From contig JAKLDR010000001.1 in the NCBI GenBank assembly GCA_022703445.1, forward strand, positions 107,846-171,845: a stretch of 64,000 nt of DNA, read 5' to 3'. Source of the stretch: Planctomycetota bacterium. Its GTDB lineage: Bacteria > Planctomycetota > SZUA-567 > JAKLDR01. Both the position numbers and the translations under genes were made by a program. The notes beneath the pieces were generated by a model. The model saw only the letters and a list, made by a program, of their open reading frames with translations. It made no database searches and had not been told where the DNA came from. This document shows positions 10,723 through 20,064 of the stretch, piece after piece; the first letter of the stretch is position 1, and the number at the start of each line of letters is the position of its first letter.

Positions 10723-11832
10723 GTGTTGTCAAGAAGGCTGAGGATGTGTGGGATCACGCTGCTCTGTGTAGCAGCCTGTCGGTCCAGTGGGGCCGCTTCG
10801 GAGCAGGCGCAGTCAGCGCATGAAGCCTTAAGTGTAGACGCAGCCAAGCAGATTCTGGCGCTTGGGAAGACTGACGACATCAATGAAGTCTGCATAGCAG
10901 TGAGAACGGTGGTAAGCGCCAAGAATGTATCGGCGGATAAGCTTCTTCTGGATTTCCTGAATGCAGAAGAGGTTGTAGAGAAACTGGAAACGAATGCGAA
11001 TGGGAAACCCAATGTGGTCCCCGGTTGGAGGGGCGAGTCGTTTGACGTAGTGGATCGCAAATACCGAGGACGATGGAAGCCATATCTGTGGCATCCAAAT
11101 CAAGGATCCGATCTGTACGCTGTATTGCGTGCTATCATTAGAGGCAATCCTGCGTTCGGAGAAGAGTTCGTTGTGAAGACTCTCGACGATGCGAGAGTCT
11201 TTGACCGCCTACTAGCGCGGCAGGGGGGCGAGGAGTCAGGTGCTTCGGAGTTGAGACGTCTGCGTAATGAATGTCGTGTGGAAGTGCTCGGCGTCTTGAT
11301 GGAACCGAGCAAAGATACCATGTCGTTCTTGCGGGCACAGGTCCTGGATAGAAACGCCCCGTATTGCGGAGCAGCCACCCGAGTTGTGCTGACTCTTTTG
11401 GGGTCACAAGTTGATGAATTGGCCAAAGGCATATTGTGGGAACGACTCCTTGCTGACTACAGGGAGGCGAAGAATCTTGGTTTGATCTTGTCGTTACAGG
11501 AAAGGCGGCACCTGCCTGGGGCTTTCGAATTATTGTGTGACGCATACGAGAAGTGGGGCAAAAAGGAAGCCCCCTTTCCAGAGGGGGTGGACCTGTTAGA
11601 TGTGATCACAAAGCCAAAGGGAGTGCGTACTAATATTGAGCGAGAAAGAGAGGCGTCATCGTATGATCTTGTGGAAGCGAAGTCCGTTCCTCGGTTTCTT
11701 GCTGCCATGGATAAGTTGTTGAAGGTAAGCGGGGACAACAAGCTCAAAGACTCGGACAGGAATGAGCTTGATGCTGTTCGAGCAGCCTTGTCCAAGAAGA
11801 CTATTAAGCCACAGACCCAGGCGGCTCAGTAA
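10723..11832 (+). CDS. Hypothetical alpha-helical lipoprotein in a markedly lower-GC (~50-55%) segment adjacent to tRNA-Leu.
   Basis: Probable start at 10744 (MCGITLLCVAAC, lipobox). Composition is rich in K/E/N/D/L and coding is compositionally atypical for the window. Antisense ORFs 10828..11103, 11100..11432 and 11457..11795 are rejected. Confidence 0.6.
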   Translation: MLSRRLRMCGITLLCVAACRSSGAASEQAQSAHEALSVDAAKQILALGKTDDINEVCIAVRTVVSAKNVSADKLLLDFLNAEEVVEKLETNANGKPNVVPGWRGESFDVVDRKYRGRWKPYLWHPNQGSDLYAVLRAIIRGNPAFGEEFVVKTLDDARVFDRLLARQGGEESGASELRRLRNECRVEVLGVLMEPSKDTMSFLRAQVLDRNAPYCGAATRVVLTLLGSQVDELAKGILWERLLADYREAKNLGLILSLQERRHLPGAFELLCDAYEKWGKKEAPFPEGVDLLDVITKPKGVRTNIEREREASSYDLVEAKSVPRFLAAMDKLLKVSGDNKLKDSDRNELDAVRAALSKKTIKPQTQAAQ

Positions 11833-11942
11833 TAGGCGATGCTGAGGTCGTACGTGAACTGAGAACTTGCATTGTCATAGCCCTTGCGGGGGCGTTGCTT
11901 GGAGTCGCAGCGTGCGTTGCTGCCACGTCCAGTGTCATATAC

Positions 11943-12025
11943 TGCCCGGGGCGGGGATCGAACCCGCATGAGGTTGCCCTCACCGGTTTTTGAAACCGGC
12001 GCGTCTGCCGTTCCGCCACCCGGGC
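11943..12025 (-). tRNA. tRNA-Leu (anticodon CAA), type II with a long variable arm.
   Basis: Reverse-complement reads GCCCGGGTGGCGGAACGGCAGACGCGCCGGTTTCAAAAACCGGTGAGGGCAACCTCATGCGGGTTCGATCCCCGCCCCGGGCA. 7-bp acceptor stem, anticodon loop TTCAAAA, T-arm GCGGG/TTCGATC/CCCGC. Confidence 0.9.
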
Positions 12026-12087
12026 GACGCCGGCGGCTATCGTAAGCGGTGCGCGCACCGGCGCAAGTCGATTGGGAGCCCGATGCC

Positions 12088-12399
12088 TCGCGCCAAGCCG
12101 CCAAGACGCCAAGACGCCAAGAACGGCAGGGCTTTCACCGCGGAGGGCGCAGAGTCCCGCGGAGGACGGCAGGGAACGGAGAGGTGGCGCTGCTCTGCCG
12201 CTTCAGCTCCGAGCCGGCTCGGTCTGAAGCAGCAGTGCAGCTCCTCCGGGAGCCTGCGGCTCCCTGCGCGGCCACGGCCGCGCGCTTCCTCTCAACCCGA
12301 GGAAGCGCGAGCCCGGCGCAGCTGGGCTCTGGACTCTGCACCCTCCGCGGTGAAGAATCCCGGCCGTTGTTCTTGGCGCACTTGGCGGCTTGGCGCGAG
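12088..12399. repeat. Long-range inverted repeat built from tandem 'cgccaaga' octamers (12088-12126 versus 12365-12399), enclosing about 240 bp.
   Basis: Left arm is ctcgcgccaagccgccaagacgccaagacgccaagaacgg. Right arm reverse-complement is ctcgcgccaagccgccaagtgcgccaagaacaacgg. 19 nt are identical at the arm ends. Confidence 0.6.
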
Positions 12400-12422
12400 A
12401 ATCCCCGTTGTGGGCTCTCCGG

Positions 12423-12450
12423 TTGCCCCGGCCCTCGGACGGCCTATAAT
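12423..12450 (+). promoter_or_regulatory. Sigma-70-like promoter candidate for alaS (TTGCCC-N16-TATAAT).
   Basis: -35 at 12423-12428 and -10 TATAAT at 12445-12450, about 40 bp upstream of the alaS ATG. A/T-rich hexamers are rare in this GC-rich DNA. Confidence 0.5.
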
Positions 12451-12489
12451 GCCGGCTCCGGTTCTTTCTGCGCTTTTGGGAGCCATGAG

Positions 12490-15357
12490 ATGAGACGCCT
12501 GACCGTCGACGAGCTGCGCCAGTCCTACCTCGACTTCTTCGTCCAGCGGGGCCACACGCTGGTCGCGTCGGACTCGCTGGTGCCCACCTACGACCCCTCG
12601 CTGCTCTTCACCGGCGCGGGCATGAACCAGTTCAAGGACGAGTTCCTGGGCAAGGGCAAGCGGCCCCTGAAGCGCGGGTGCTCCAGCCAGAAGTGCATCC
12701 GCACCGGCGACATCGGCAACGTCGGCGTGACCGCCGCCCACCACACCTTCTTCGAGATGCTCGGCAACTTCTCCTTCGGCGACTACTTCAAGCGCGAGGC
12801 CATCAAGTGGGCCTGGGAGTTCTACACCAAGGTCCTGGAGATGCCCGAGGAGAAGCTGAGCATCTCGGTCTACAAGGACGACCAGGAAGCCTACGACATC
12901 TGGGCCAGGGAGGTGGGCATCCCCGCCTCCAAGATCTACCGCTTCGACGCCCACGACAACTTCTGGCCGGCCGACGCGCCGACCGAGAGCCCCAAGGGCA
13001 CGCTCTGCGGGCCGTGCAGCGAAATCTTCTTCGACCTGGGCCCCAACGACTGCCGGAACGCGAACTGCTCGCCGGCCTGCGACTGCCGCCGGCACGTGGA
13101 GATCTGGAACCTGGTCTTCCAGCAGTTCGAGAAGGGCGCCGCCGCCAACGAGCTCGTGCCGCTCCCCCAGAAGAACATCGACACCGGCGCGGGCCTGGAG
13201 AGGAACGCCGCCGTGCTCCAGGGCGCCGCCACCAACTTCGAGATCGACAGCCTGCTGCCGCTGGTCGAGGAGGCCCTGCGCCTGGCCGACGCCGCCGCCG
13301 GGCAGAAGTACGTCGGGCGCTACGCCGAGCTGAGGAAGGCCAAGGCCCCGGCCGGCGAGCTGCTGCCCGTGCTCCGCCGCGCCCGGCGCATCGCCGACCA
13401 CGCCCGGGCGGTGACCTTCTGCCTGTCCGACGGCGTGCTGCCCTCCAACGAGGGCCGCGGCTACGTGGTGCGGCGGCTGCTGCGCCGGGCGGTCCTCGAT
13501 GGCCGGGCGCTGGGCGTGAAGGAGAGCTTTGTCCACACGCTGGTCGCGCCGGTCGCGCGGCTGATGGCCCGGGCCTACCCGGAGGTCGGCGAGCGCGCCG
13601 GCAACCTCGCTCGCCTGGTCCGGGCCGAGGAGGAGAGCTTCGAGGCCACGCTGGAGCGGGGCCTGGGCATCCTCCGCGAGAAGATCGCCGGGGCCGCCGG
13701 CGGCACCCTAGGCGGCCGCGACGCCTTCACCCTGTACGACACCTACGGATTCCCGGTCGAGATCACCGAGGAGATCCTCGCCGAGCAGGGCATGAAGCTC
13801 GACCGCGCCGGCTTCGAGAAGGCCATGGAGGAGCAGCGCGAGCGCGCCCGGGCCGGCTCCAAGATGGTCGGCGTCGACATCTTCGGCGGGGTGATGGCCA
13901 AGGTGAAGGGTATCACCAAGGGCACCAGGTTCGAGCGCGGGTGGCCGGCGGGCCAGACGGCCAAGGTCCTGGCCATCATCAAGGGCAACGATCTGCTCGC
14001 TGAGGCCCGCAGCGGCGGCGAGGTGCAGGTCGTTCTCGACCGGACGCCCTTCTACGGCGAGTCCGGCGGGCAGGTGGGCGACACCGGAGCGCTCCGGGCC
14101 TCAGGCGGCAAGGCCTTGGTGCTGAATGCCACCAAGGTGGACGAGATCGTCCTGCATCACGTGCGGGTCGAGGGCGGCGTGCTCCGCCCCGGTGACGGGG
14201 TCGAACCCGTTCTGGACCCCGCCCGCCGCGCGGCCATAGAGGCCAACCACACCGCCACCCACATCCTGCACCACTACCTGCGGCAGGTGCTGGGCCAGCA
14301 CGTCGAGCAGTCCGGCTCGCTGGTCGACGGCGAGCGCCTGCGCCTCGACTTCACGCACTTTGAGGGCACCAAGCCCGAGGAGCTCCGGCGGGTCGAGGAG
14401 CTCGTAAACAAGGCCATCCGCTCGGGCGGCGCGGTCAGGACCACCGAGACCACCGTCGACCAGGCGCGCAAGGCCGGGGCCATGGCGCTCTTCGGCGAGA
14501 AGTACGGCGAGCGCGTCCGCATGGTCGAGACCGATCTGGGCGGCGGCGAGCGCTCGGTCGAGCTCTGCGGCGGCACGCACCTCGAGCGGGCGGCCGACGC
14601 CCGGCTCTTCCGCATCGAGAAGGAGGAGTCGGTGGCCGCCGGCATCCGGCGCATCACCGCGACGACCGGGGCGGTGGCCGAGGCCAACGCCGAGGCGGAT
14701 CGGCGGACTCTGGGCGAGATCGGCGCCCTGCTCGGGCTCCCCGGCGGCTTCGACGCCGCCGGCGACCCCGCCGGCGCGGCCAGCCGCGACCGGCTTGGCG
14801 AGCTGTGTGCTCTGGTGAAGTGCCAGCGCGAGGCGCTCAAGGACCGCGTCACCGAGCTGGTCAAGCGCTCTGGCGCCGACGCCAAGGCCCTGGCTGCGCT
14901 GCCGGCGGATGCCATCGAGCGCGTCAAGGCGCTCCAGAAGCTCGCCAAGGAGGCGGAGAAGAAGCAGCAGGCCTCCCGCGCCTCGGATCTGGCCGGCCGC
15001 GGCAAGGAGATCGCCGCGGCCGCCGAGAAGCTGCCCTCCGGCGCGCTCTTCGCCTCGGCGGCGCTCGAGGGCATCGGCCCCGACGACCTGCGGCGGCTGT
15101 CCGACGAGGTCCGCACGGCGCTGCCGTCCGGGGTCGTCTTCCTCGCCTCGAGCTTCGACGGCAAGGCTCTGCTGGTCGCCTCGGTCTCGGACGACCTGGT
15201 CAAGGCCGGCAAGAAGGCCGGCGACATCGTCAAGGCCGCGGCCAAGGAGGTCGGCGGCGGTGGCGGCGGCAAGCCCAACATGGCCCAGGCCGGCGGCCCG
15301 AACGCGGCGAACATCCCTGCGGCGGTCGCCGCGGCGCGGAAGCTGGCGGGAGGCTAG
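12490..15357 (+). CDS. alaS: Alanine--tRNA ligase.
   Basis: MRRLTVDELRQSYLDFFVQRGHTLVASDSLVPTYDPSLLFTGAGMNQF..., class II motifs, editing-domain HxxxH (HTATHILHH) and a C-terminal DHHA1-like GGGGGGKPNMAQAGG. The ORF-track start 12049 is an upstream non-coding extension. Confidence 0.95.
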   Translation: MRRLTVDELRQSYLDFFVQRGHTLVASDSLVPTYDPSLLFTGAGMNQFKDEFLGKGKRPLKRGCSSQKCIRTGDIGNVGVTAAHHTFFEMLGNFSFGDYFKREAIKWAWEFYTKVLEMPEEKLSISVYKDDQEAYDIWAREVGIPASKIYRFDAHDNFWPADAPTESPKGTLCGPCSEIFFDLGPNDCRNANCSPACDCRRHVEIWNLVFQQFEKGAAANELVPLPQKNIDTGAGLERNAAVLQGAATNFEIDSLLPLVEEALRLADAAAGQKYVGRYAELRKAKAPAGELLPVLRRARRIADHARAVTFCLSDGVLPSNEGRGYVVRRLLRRAVLDGRALGVKESFVHTLVAPVARLMARAYPEVGERAGNLARLVRAEEESFEATLERGLGILREKIAGAAGGTLGGRDAFTLYDTYGFPVEITEEILAEQGMKLDRAGFEKAMEEQRERARAGSKMVGVDIFGGVMAKVKGITKGTRFERGWPAGQTAKVLAIIKGNDLLAEARSGGEVQVVLDRTPFYGESGGQVGDTGALRASGGKALVLNATKVDEIVLHHVRVEGGVLRPGDGVEPVLDPARRAAIEANHTATHILHHYLRQVLGQHVEQSGSLVDGERLRLDFTHFEGTKPEELRRVEELVNKAIRSGGAVRTTETTVDQARKAGAMALFGEKYGERVRMVETDLGGGERSVELCGGTHLERAADARLFRIEKEESVAAGIRRITATTGAVAEANAEADRRTLGEIGALLGLPGGFDAAGDPAGAASRDRLGELCALVKCQREALKDRVTELVKRSGADAKALAALPADAIERVKALQKLAKEAEKKQQASRASDLAGRGKEIAAAAEKLPSGALFASAALEGIGPDDLRRLSDEVRTALPSGVVFLASSFDGKALLVASVSDDLVKAGKKAGDIVKAAAKEVGGGGGGKPNMAQAGGPNAANIPAAVAAARKLAGG

Positions 15358-15363
15358 CGGGTC

Positions 15364-15789
15364 ATGTTCGGCGGCCGGGCCGTACCGGGGACCGACTGGC
15401 TGGGGCTGGCCGTGGGCGGCTTCTTCCTGGTCATGGCCCTGGCCGCGGCGGTGCTGACCACCCGCTTCTTCTTCCGGCGCTGGGGCTCGCTGGCCGCCCT
15501 GGGCTACGTGGCCGCCTTCTGGGCGCTGATCGGCGGAGCGCTGGCGCTGGTCGCCGGCGGGCGGCCCAACTGGCAGTCGCTGATGGCCGTGGGCATCTGC
15601 GTCCTGGCGAACGCCGGCTACGGGGTCTACCTGGAAGTCCGCCGCAAGGACCTGCGCATCACCCCTGAGCAGAAGGCGGCTGCCTCCGCCCCCAAAGCTT
15701 CCATGCGCAGCTGCCCGCAGTGCGGCCTGAGCATCGATGCCAGGATGAAGAAGTGTCCGATGTGCGGGAGCTCGGCTGAGAAGGCCTGA
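15364..15789 (+). CDS. Membrane protein with a C-terminal zinc-ribbon (CPQCG...CPMCG).
   Basis: Three TM helices followed by SCPQCGLSIDARMKKCPMCGS. Confidence 0.6.
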   Translation: MFGGRAVPGTDWLGLAVGGFFLVMALAAAVLTTRFFFRRWGSLAALGYVAAFWALIGGALALVAGGRPNWQSLMAVGICVLANAGYGVYLEVRRKDLRITPEQKAAASAPKASMRSCPQCGLSIDARMKKCPMCGSSAEKA

Positions 15790-15961
15790 ATCCGGGACCA
15801 GAGGCAGTTGCTGTAATGCGACTTATGTGGCTCTACTGCGCGGTTTAAGTATCGTCATTGGCCGCGTGTTCAGCGTTCCATGATTTTTCCAGGAAAGTCC
15901 CCAACCGAATTGCGCCAAGAGTGTACTATGCCACTAGAAAACCAGTCAGGAGACCAATCGC

Positions 15962-17044
15962 ATGCCAGTCGAGCAGGAGTCCGGAGCAGCCCTGACCGCC
16001 GAAGTGGCCGGCATAATCCGCAAGAAGCACCTGGCCGGCGCGGACGCTGCCGTCAAGTTTCTCCCCAGCGAGCGGGACCTCGCCAAGAAGCTGGGCGTAT
16101 CCCGCACCACCGTGCGCCACGCTCTGGGCTTGCTCGAAACCGAGGGCCTGATCCGCGCCGAGCACGGCCGCGGTTACCGCCGGCTGCCGAAGTCGTCGGC
16201 GCTGGCGGCCGGCAGCCGCATCGCCATCCTGCGGCCGCTGGGCTCGGGCGGCATCAGCGACCAGTTGGCCGCCTCGCTGCAGCGCGTGGCCCTCGGCCAG
16301 GGCGCGCAGGTGCTGTCGCTCGGGCCGGCCGAGCTATCCGCCCGCAGCGTGAGCGACTCGCTGGTGGAGGCCAAGGTCTGGGGCGTGGTCCTGACCCTGG
16401 ACGATCCGGAGATGCACCGGGCCATCCAGGAGGCCGGCCTGCCCTGCGTCGCGGTGGACTGCGCCAGCCGCGCCCTGGACATCGACTACGTGAACCAGGA
16501 CAACTTCGGCGGCGCCGCCCAGGCCGCCGAACACCTGCTCTCCAAAGGACACCGGCGGATCGCCTGGTTCGGGCCGGTGGCTGAGACCCCGCAGAGCCTG
16601 GAGCGCTTCGCCGGCGCGGGTTCGGCCTTCACCCGGCACGGCGCCGAGCTGCCCCGCGGGCTGATCGTCCCGCCGGCCGGCGACCGGGAGGCGGCCGCGC
16701 GGGAGATGCTCTCCAGGCCGGACCGGCCGACGGCCGTGCTGGCCATGTGGTTGGGCGAGGTCCAGGCGGTATGCCGCGCGGCGCGCAGCCTGAAGCTGGT
16801 CCCGGGCCGGGACCTGGACGTCGTCGGCTGGAGCAACGAGGAGGTGTACCGGGAACAGATCGTCCGCGAGTTCGGGGCGGCCGGCGCTCCTCCCATGGTG
16901 GTCTGGAGCACCGACGAGATGGCCCGCGTCGCCGTGGCCCGCCTGGAGTGGCGGCTGCGCGACCGGGAGCTCCGGCCGCTGCGCATCTCCATCCCCACGC
17001 GGCTGGTCCTGCCGGCCGAGGGCATCAAGGAGGAGCGGGCATGA
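15962..17044 (+). CDS. AraR-like chimeric regulator: GntR-type N-terminal HTH plus a LacI/periplasmic-binding-protein-type sugar-binding domain.
   Basis: N-terminal [39 protein letters not shown] is GntR-like. The C-terminal Rossmann-like repeats (RIAILRP..., [31 protein letters not shown]) are LacI-type. Confidence 0.75.
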   Translation: MPVEQESGAALTAEVAGIIRKKHLAGADAAVKFLPSERDLAKKLGVSRTTVRHALGLLETEGLIRAEHGRGYRRLPKSSALAAGSRIAILRPLGSGGISDQLAASLQRVALGQGAQVLSLGPAELSARSVSDSLVEAKVWGVVLTLDDPEMHRAIQEAGLPCVAVDCASRALDIDYVNQDNFGGAAQAAEHLLSKGHRRIAWFGPVAETPQSLERFAGAGSAFTRHGAELPRGLIVPPAGDREAAAREMLSRPDRPTAVLAMWLGEVQAVCRAARSLKLVPGRDLDVVGWSNEEVYREQIVREFGAAGAPPMVVWSTDEMARVAVARLEWRLRDRELRPLRISIPTRLVLPAEGIKEERA

Positions 17045-18375
17045 TCACCACGACAATCCGCAGCTGCGTGCCGGCCAGGCCTCACGACCGCTCGCCGCGG
17101 CTCTCGACGGCTCTTCGCCGCTGGCAGGCCTCGCGCTGGGGGCACCGTGGCGACGCGCTGCGCGCGGCGGTGTGCCGTGGCCGGTCCGGCGCCGGGGCTC
17201 TGGTGCTCAGGACCCTGGCCCTCTCCCTCGCCCTGGCCGCGCTGGTCGGCTGCGTCGCCTGGGCGGAGGCGGGGGAAGGGGCCACGGCCGGGCAGGGGCC
17301 CTTCCGCGGGAAGATCGTCGAGATGACCGCCGAGGACCCCCCGGTGAAGGTCTGGGGCGCCGACGGCCAGCCGGTGCTCACGTTCACCGGCAGCTTCGAC
17401 CGGAAAGGCCTGGCGCTCCTGACTAGCGACTACGGGATGCGGCTGGAGGGCGGCTGCTTCTTCAGCGGGGCGGTCGAGGACCACCTCGGGCCGAGCCTGA
17501 AGAACGCCGGGGGCGAACTGACCTTCTCGGCCCACATCCAGCCGGCGACGGCCAGCCAGGATGGCACCGGCTGCCTCCTCGGCTACGCGCCGCCCAAGGG
17601 CGAGCTGCTCTTCGCCGTGACGCAGGAGAAGGACGCCCTGACCTTCCGGGCGAGCCCGAGCGGCGCCGAGCCGGTCAAGGTCGAGCTCTGCCGGCTGAAG
17701 GACGCCAAGCCCTTCCACCTGACAGTTACCGTCGCGAAGGGCGCCGTGCTCTGCTACCGCGATGGGGTGAAGGCCGCGGCGCTGCCGGGCATCAAGGGCG
17801 ACTTCTCCGGCTGGGCCAACGGCATCCTCTACTTCGGAAACGACCGCGCCGGCAAGCTCCCCTGGCGCGGGGTTGTCGAGCAGGCCGCGCTCTACAACCG
17901 GGCCCTGAGCGCGGACGAGGTCGCCAAGGCGGCTGCGTCCGTCCTGGAGGAGGTCCGCAAGCGCGCCCCCGTGGCGCGCGTCGAGTTCGAGGGCAAGCTG
18001 CTCTCGCGCCCCACGTACCCCATGCCCTGGAAGGAGGGCTTCACCTACCGCGAGGTGCTGGCGATCTGCGAGTACCAGGTAGACAAGGTCATCGCCGGCG
18101 ACTGCAAGGAGCCGAAGATCTACGTGACCGAGTGGATGTACGTGGACAAGATCTTCCTGGCCGGCAGCCGGAGGGAGATCGGCTCGAAGCGGCGCCTGAG
18201 CGTGGAGCTGTTCAGCACCCATCCGCAGTTCAACAAGGTCGAGCGGGCTTTGCCCGTCGACCTGGACCCCGAACGCGGCCTCGACCGGGACGTCTACTAC
18301 GACCACGGCCCGCTCCAGGCGCTGCCGGAAGCCGAGCAGCCCAAGCCCCCGGCCGGCGCGGAAATCAGGGAGTAA
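17041..18375 (+). CDS. Secreted protein with a concanavalin-A/LamG-like jelly-roll domain.
   Basis: ATG at 17041 overlaps the regulator stop (ATGA). Signal-like [22 protein letters not shown]. LamG-like core ...[34 protein letters not shown]. The ORF-track N-terminal extension from 16747 is R/G-rich. Confidence 0.6.
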   Translation: MITTTIRSCVPARPHDRSPRLSTALRRWQASRWGHRGDALRAAVCRGRSGAGALVLRTLALSLALAALVGCVAWAEAGEGATAGQGPFRGKIVEMTAEDPPVKVWGADGQPVLTFTGSFDRKGLALLTSDYGMRLEGGCFFSGAVEDHLGPSLKNAGGELTFSAHIQPATASQDGTGCLLGYAPPKGELLFAVTQEKDALTFRASPSGAEPVKVELCRLKDAKPFHLTVTVAKGAVLCYRDGVKAAALPGIKGDFSGWANGILYFGNDRAGKLPWRGVVEQAALYNRALSADEVAKAAASVLEEVRKRAPVARVEFEGKLLSRPTYPMPWKEGFTYREVLAICEYQVDKVIAGDCKEPKIYVTEWMYVDKIFLAGSRREIGSKRRLSVELFSTHPQFNKVERALPVDLDPERGLDRDVYYDHGPLQALPEAEQPKPPAGAEIRE

Positions 18376-18387
18376 AGGAGGACCATC

Positions 18388-20064
18388 ATGACGAGTGCGA
18401 CCTTGAAGTTCCTGCTGCTGGCGGTCGGGGTGGCCCTGTGCCTGGGCGGCGCCGACGCCTCGGCCGGTGTCCGCGGGCGGGCGCTGCTGACCGACGGCCC
18501 CAGCCGGGTCAAGCCCGGCAACCTGGTGCTCTGCACCATCAGCGGCGACGAGCGCAAGCTCGAGAAACTGGTCGAGGGTCCGGTGGTCGACGCGCGCTTC
18601 TCGCCGGACGGCAAGCAGGCCGTCTACGGGATGGGCGGCAAGATCTTCATCCTCGACCTGGCCACCAGGAAGTCCCGGGAGATCGGCCAGTACACCGCCG
18701 AGTTCACCTATTTCAACTGGTGCCAGGGGGACCGGATCTGCTGGTCGGACGGCGAGAAGGAGCTCCGCGAAATCTTCAGCATGGACATCGAGGGCAAGGA
18801 CAAGAAGAGCGTCTACAAGGGCAACGCCGGGCGCACGACCATGTCGCTCGACGGCAAGCGCGTCGCCTGGGTCATGCCCCCGGTCTGCGCGGCCGTCGGC
18901 GGCAAGACCTACGGCATCATGGGCGGTTGCGGCGGGGCGGTATCGCCCAGCGGCAGGTACCTGACCAGCAACCTGACCACCAATCACAACCTGATGGGGA
19001 TCTTCACCTTCGGCGACAACGGTCCGTCGCCCAAACCCATCGTCAACGTGGCGGCCCTCGGGGACCACGCCATCAACGGATTCTTCTTCGGGCGGACCGA
19101 CGAGTGGGTCTGCTACACGGTCGAGGGTCCCGAGAAGGTCGCCCCCATCGCCTACATCGCCTACTGGCGGACCGACGAGCACATCGAGATCGCCAAGAAG
19201 CACTGCATCAAGGACTACTTCGACGAGACCGACGTCCTGCCGGCCGGCGCGGAGCTCGAGAAGATCACGATCTGCGGGGAGGGGCCGGCCAACAAGCCCC
19301 TGGCCCAGGAGGTGATCAACGCGGGAGCCGCCCGGACGCTCAAGGTTGTGGGCCACTACCGCACCAAGGAAGGCGTCTGCACCCCGCAGATCCGCGAAGG
19401 GGTGACCTGGAAGGTCGACGCCGCCAAGGTGGCGCTCACCGCCACCGAGTTCAAGGGCGTGGCCGAGGCCGCCAAGGTCACCGCCACTGCCGAGTACCAG
19501 GGCAAGACCGCATCGTTCGACGTGGCCGTGCTGCCGGCCCTGACCGGCGACGGGTTCAAGGGCGAGTACTTCTCGGACTACGCCTGCACCAACAAGGTCC
19601 TGAGCCGGGTCGACCGCTGCGTCGACTTCCGCTGGGAGGGCGGCCGCGCGCCGGACCCGGCCATCAACAAGGGCCGCGCGCCCTACGCCGTGGTGTGGAC
19701 CGGGATGCTCGAGATCCAGACCGACGGCGACTACGTCTTCTCCTTCCTGCAGGGCGAGGGCAACGACCGCTGGGTCAAGGCCGCCGACGGCACCAAGAGC
19801 GCCGGCTGGGGCGTGTGGGTCGACGGCAAGGTCGTGGTCACGATTACCGACAAGTGGAATTACCCCTGGTCCAAGCCCAAGGCCGGCGCGCCGGTGGCGC
19901 TCAAGAAGGGGATGCACGCCATCAAGGTGATGAGCGTCGGCGACCCGGGCCAGCCGGTGATCTGCCAGCTCTTCTGGTCCGGGCCGGGCATCAAGCAGTC
20001 GCTGCTCGGCGGCGGGTACGTCCACTCCGGCGCGGGCGAGGCGGCCAAGGAGCAGAAGCCGTGA
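18388..20064 (+). CDS. Secreted beta-propeller protein (TolB-like) with a C-terminal PA14 domain.
   Basis: Signal peptide MTSATLKFLLLAVGVALCLGGADA. Propeller units FSPDGKQAVY and MSLDGKRVAW. PA14-like GEYFSDYACTNKVL...VDFRWEGG...YAVVWTGMLEIQTDGDYVFS. Confidence 0.7.
   Translation: MTSATLKFLLLAVGVALCLGGADASAGVRGRALLTDGPSRVKPGNLVLCTISGDERKLEKLVEGPVVDARFSPDGKQAVYGMGGKIFILDLATRKSREIGQYTAEFTYFNWCQGDRICWSDGEKELREIFSMDIEGKDKKSVYKGNAGRTTMSLDGKRVAWVMPPVCAAVGGKTYGIMGGCGGAVSPSGRYLTSNLTTNHNLMGIFTFGDNGPSPKPIVNVAALGDHAINGFFFGRTDEWVCYTVEGPEKVAPIAYIAYWRTDEHIEIAKKHCIKDYFDETDVLPAGAELEKITICGEGPANKPLAQEVINAGAARTLKVVGHYRTKEGVCTPQIREGVTWKVDAAKVALTATEFKGVAEAAKVTATAEYQGKTASFDVAVLPALTGDGFKGEYFSDYACTNKVLSRVDRCVDFRWEGGRAPDPAINKGRAPYAVVWTGMLEIQTDGDYVFSFLQGEGNDRWVKAADGTKSAGWGVWVDGKVVVTITDKWNYPWSKPKAGAPVALKKGMHAIKVMSVGDPGQPVICQLFWSGPGIKQSLLGGGYVHSGAGEAAKEQKP

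Noticed and set aside
12049-12489. 5' extension of the alaS ORF (ORF-track start 12049)
   Set aside because: The upstream 147 codons are R/G-rich, contain the octamer repeats and a TATAAT promoter, and canonical AlaS begins at MRRLTVDELRQSYLDFF (12490).
15790-15961. Possible AraR-type operator in the lower-GC intergenic region upstream of the GntR/LacI regulator (gtgtactatgccactag)
   Set aside because: It shows only weak dyad symmetry (agtg...cact) and no match to known AraR boxes, so it is mentioned only as a place to look.
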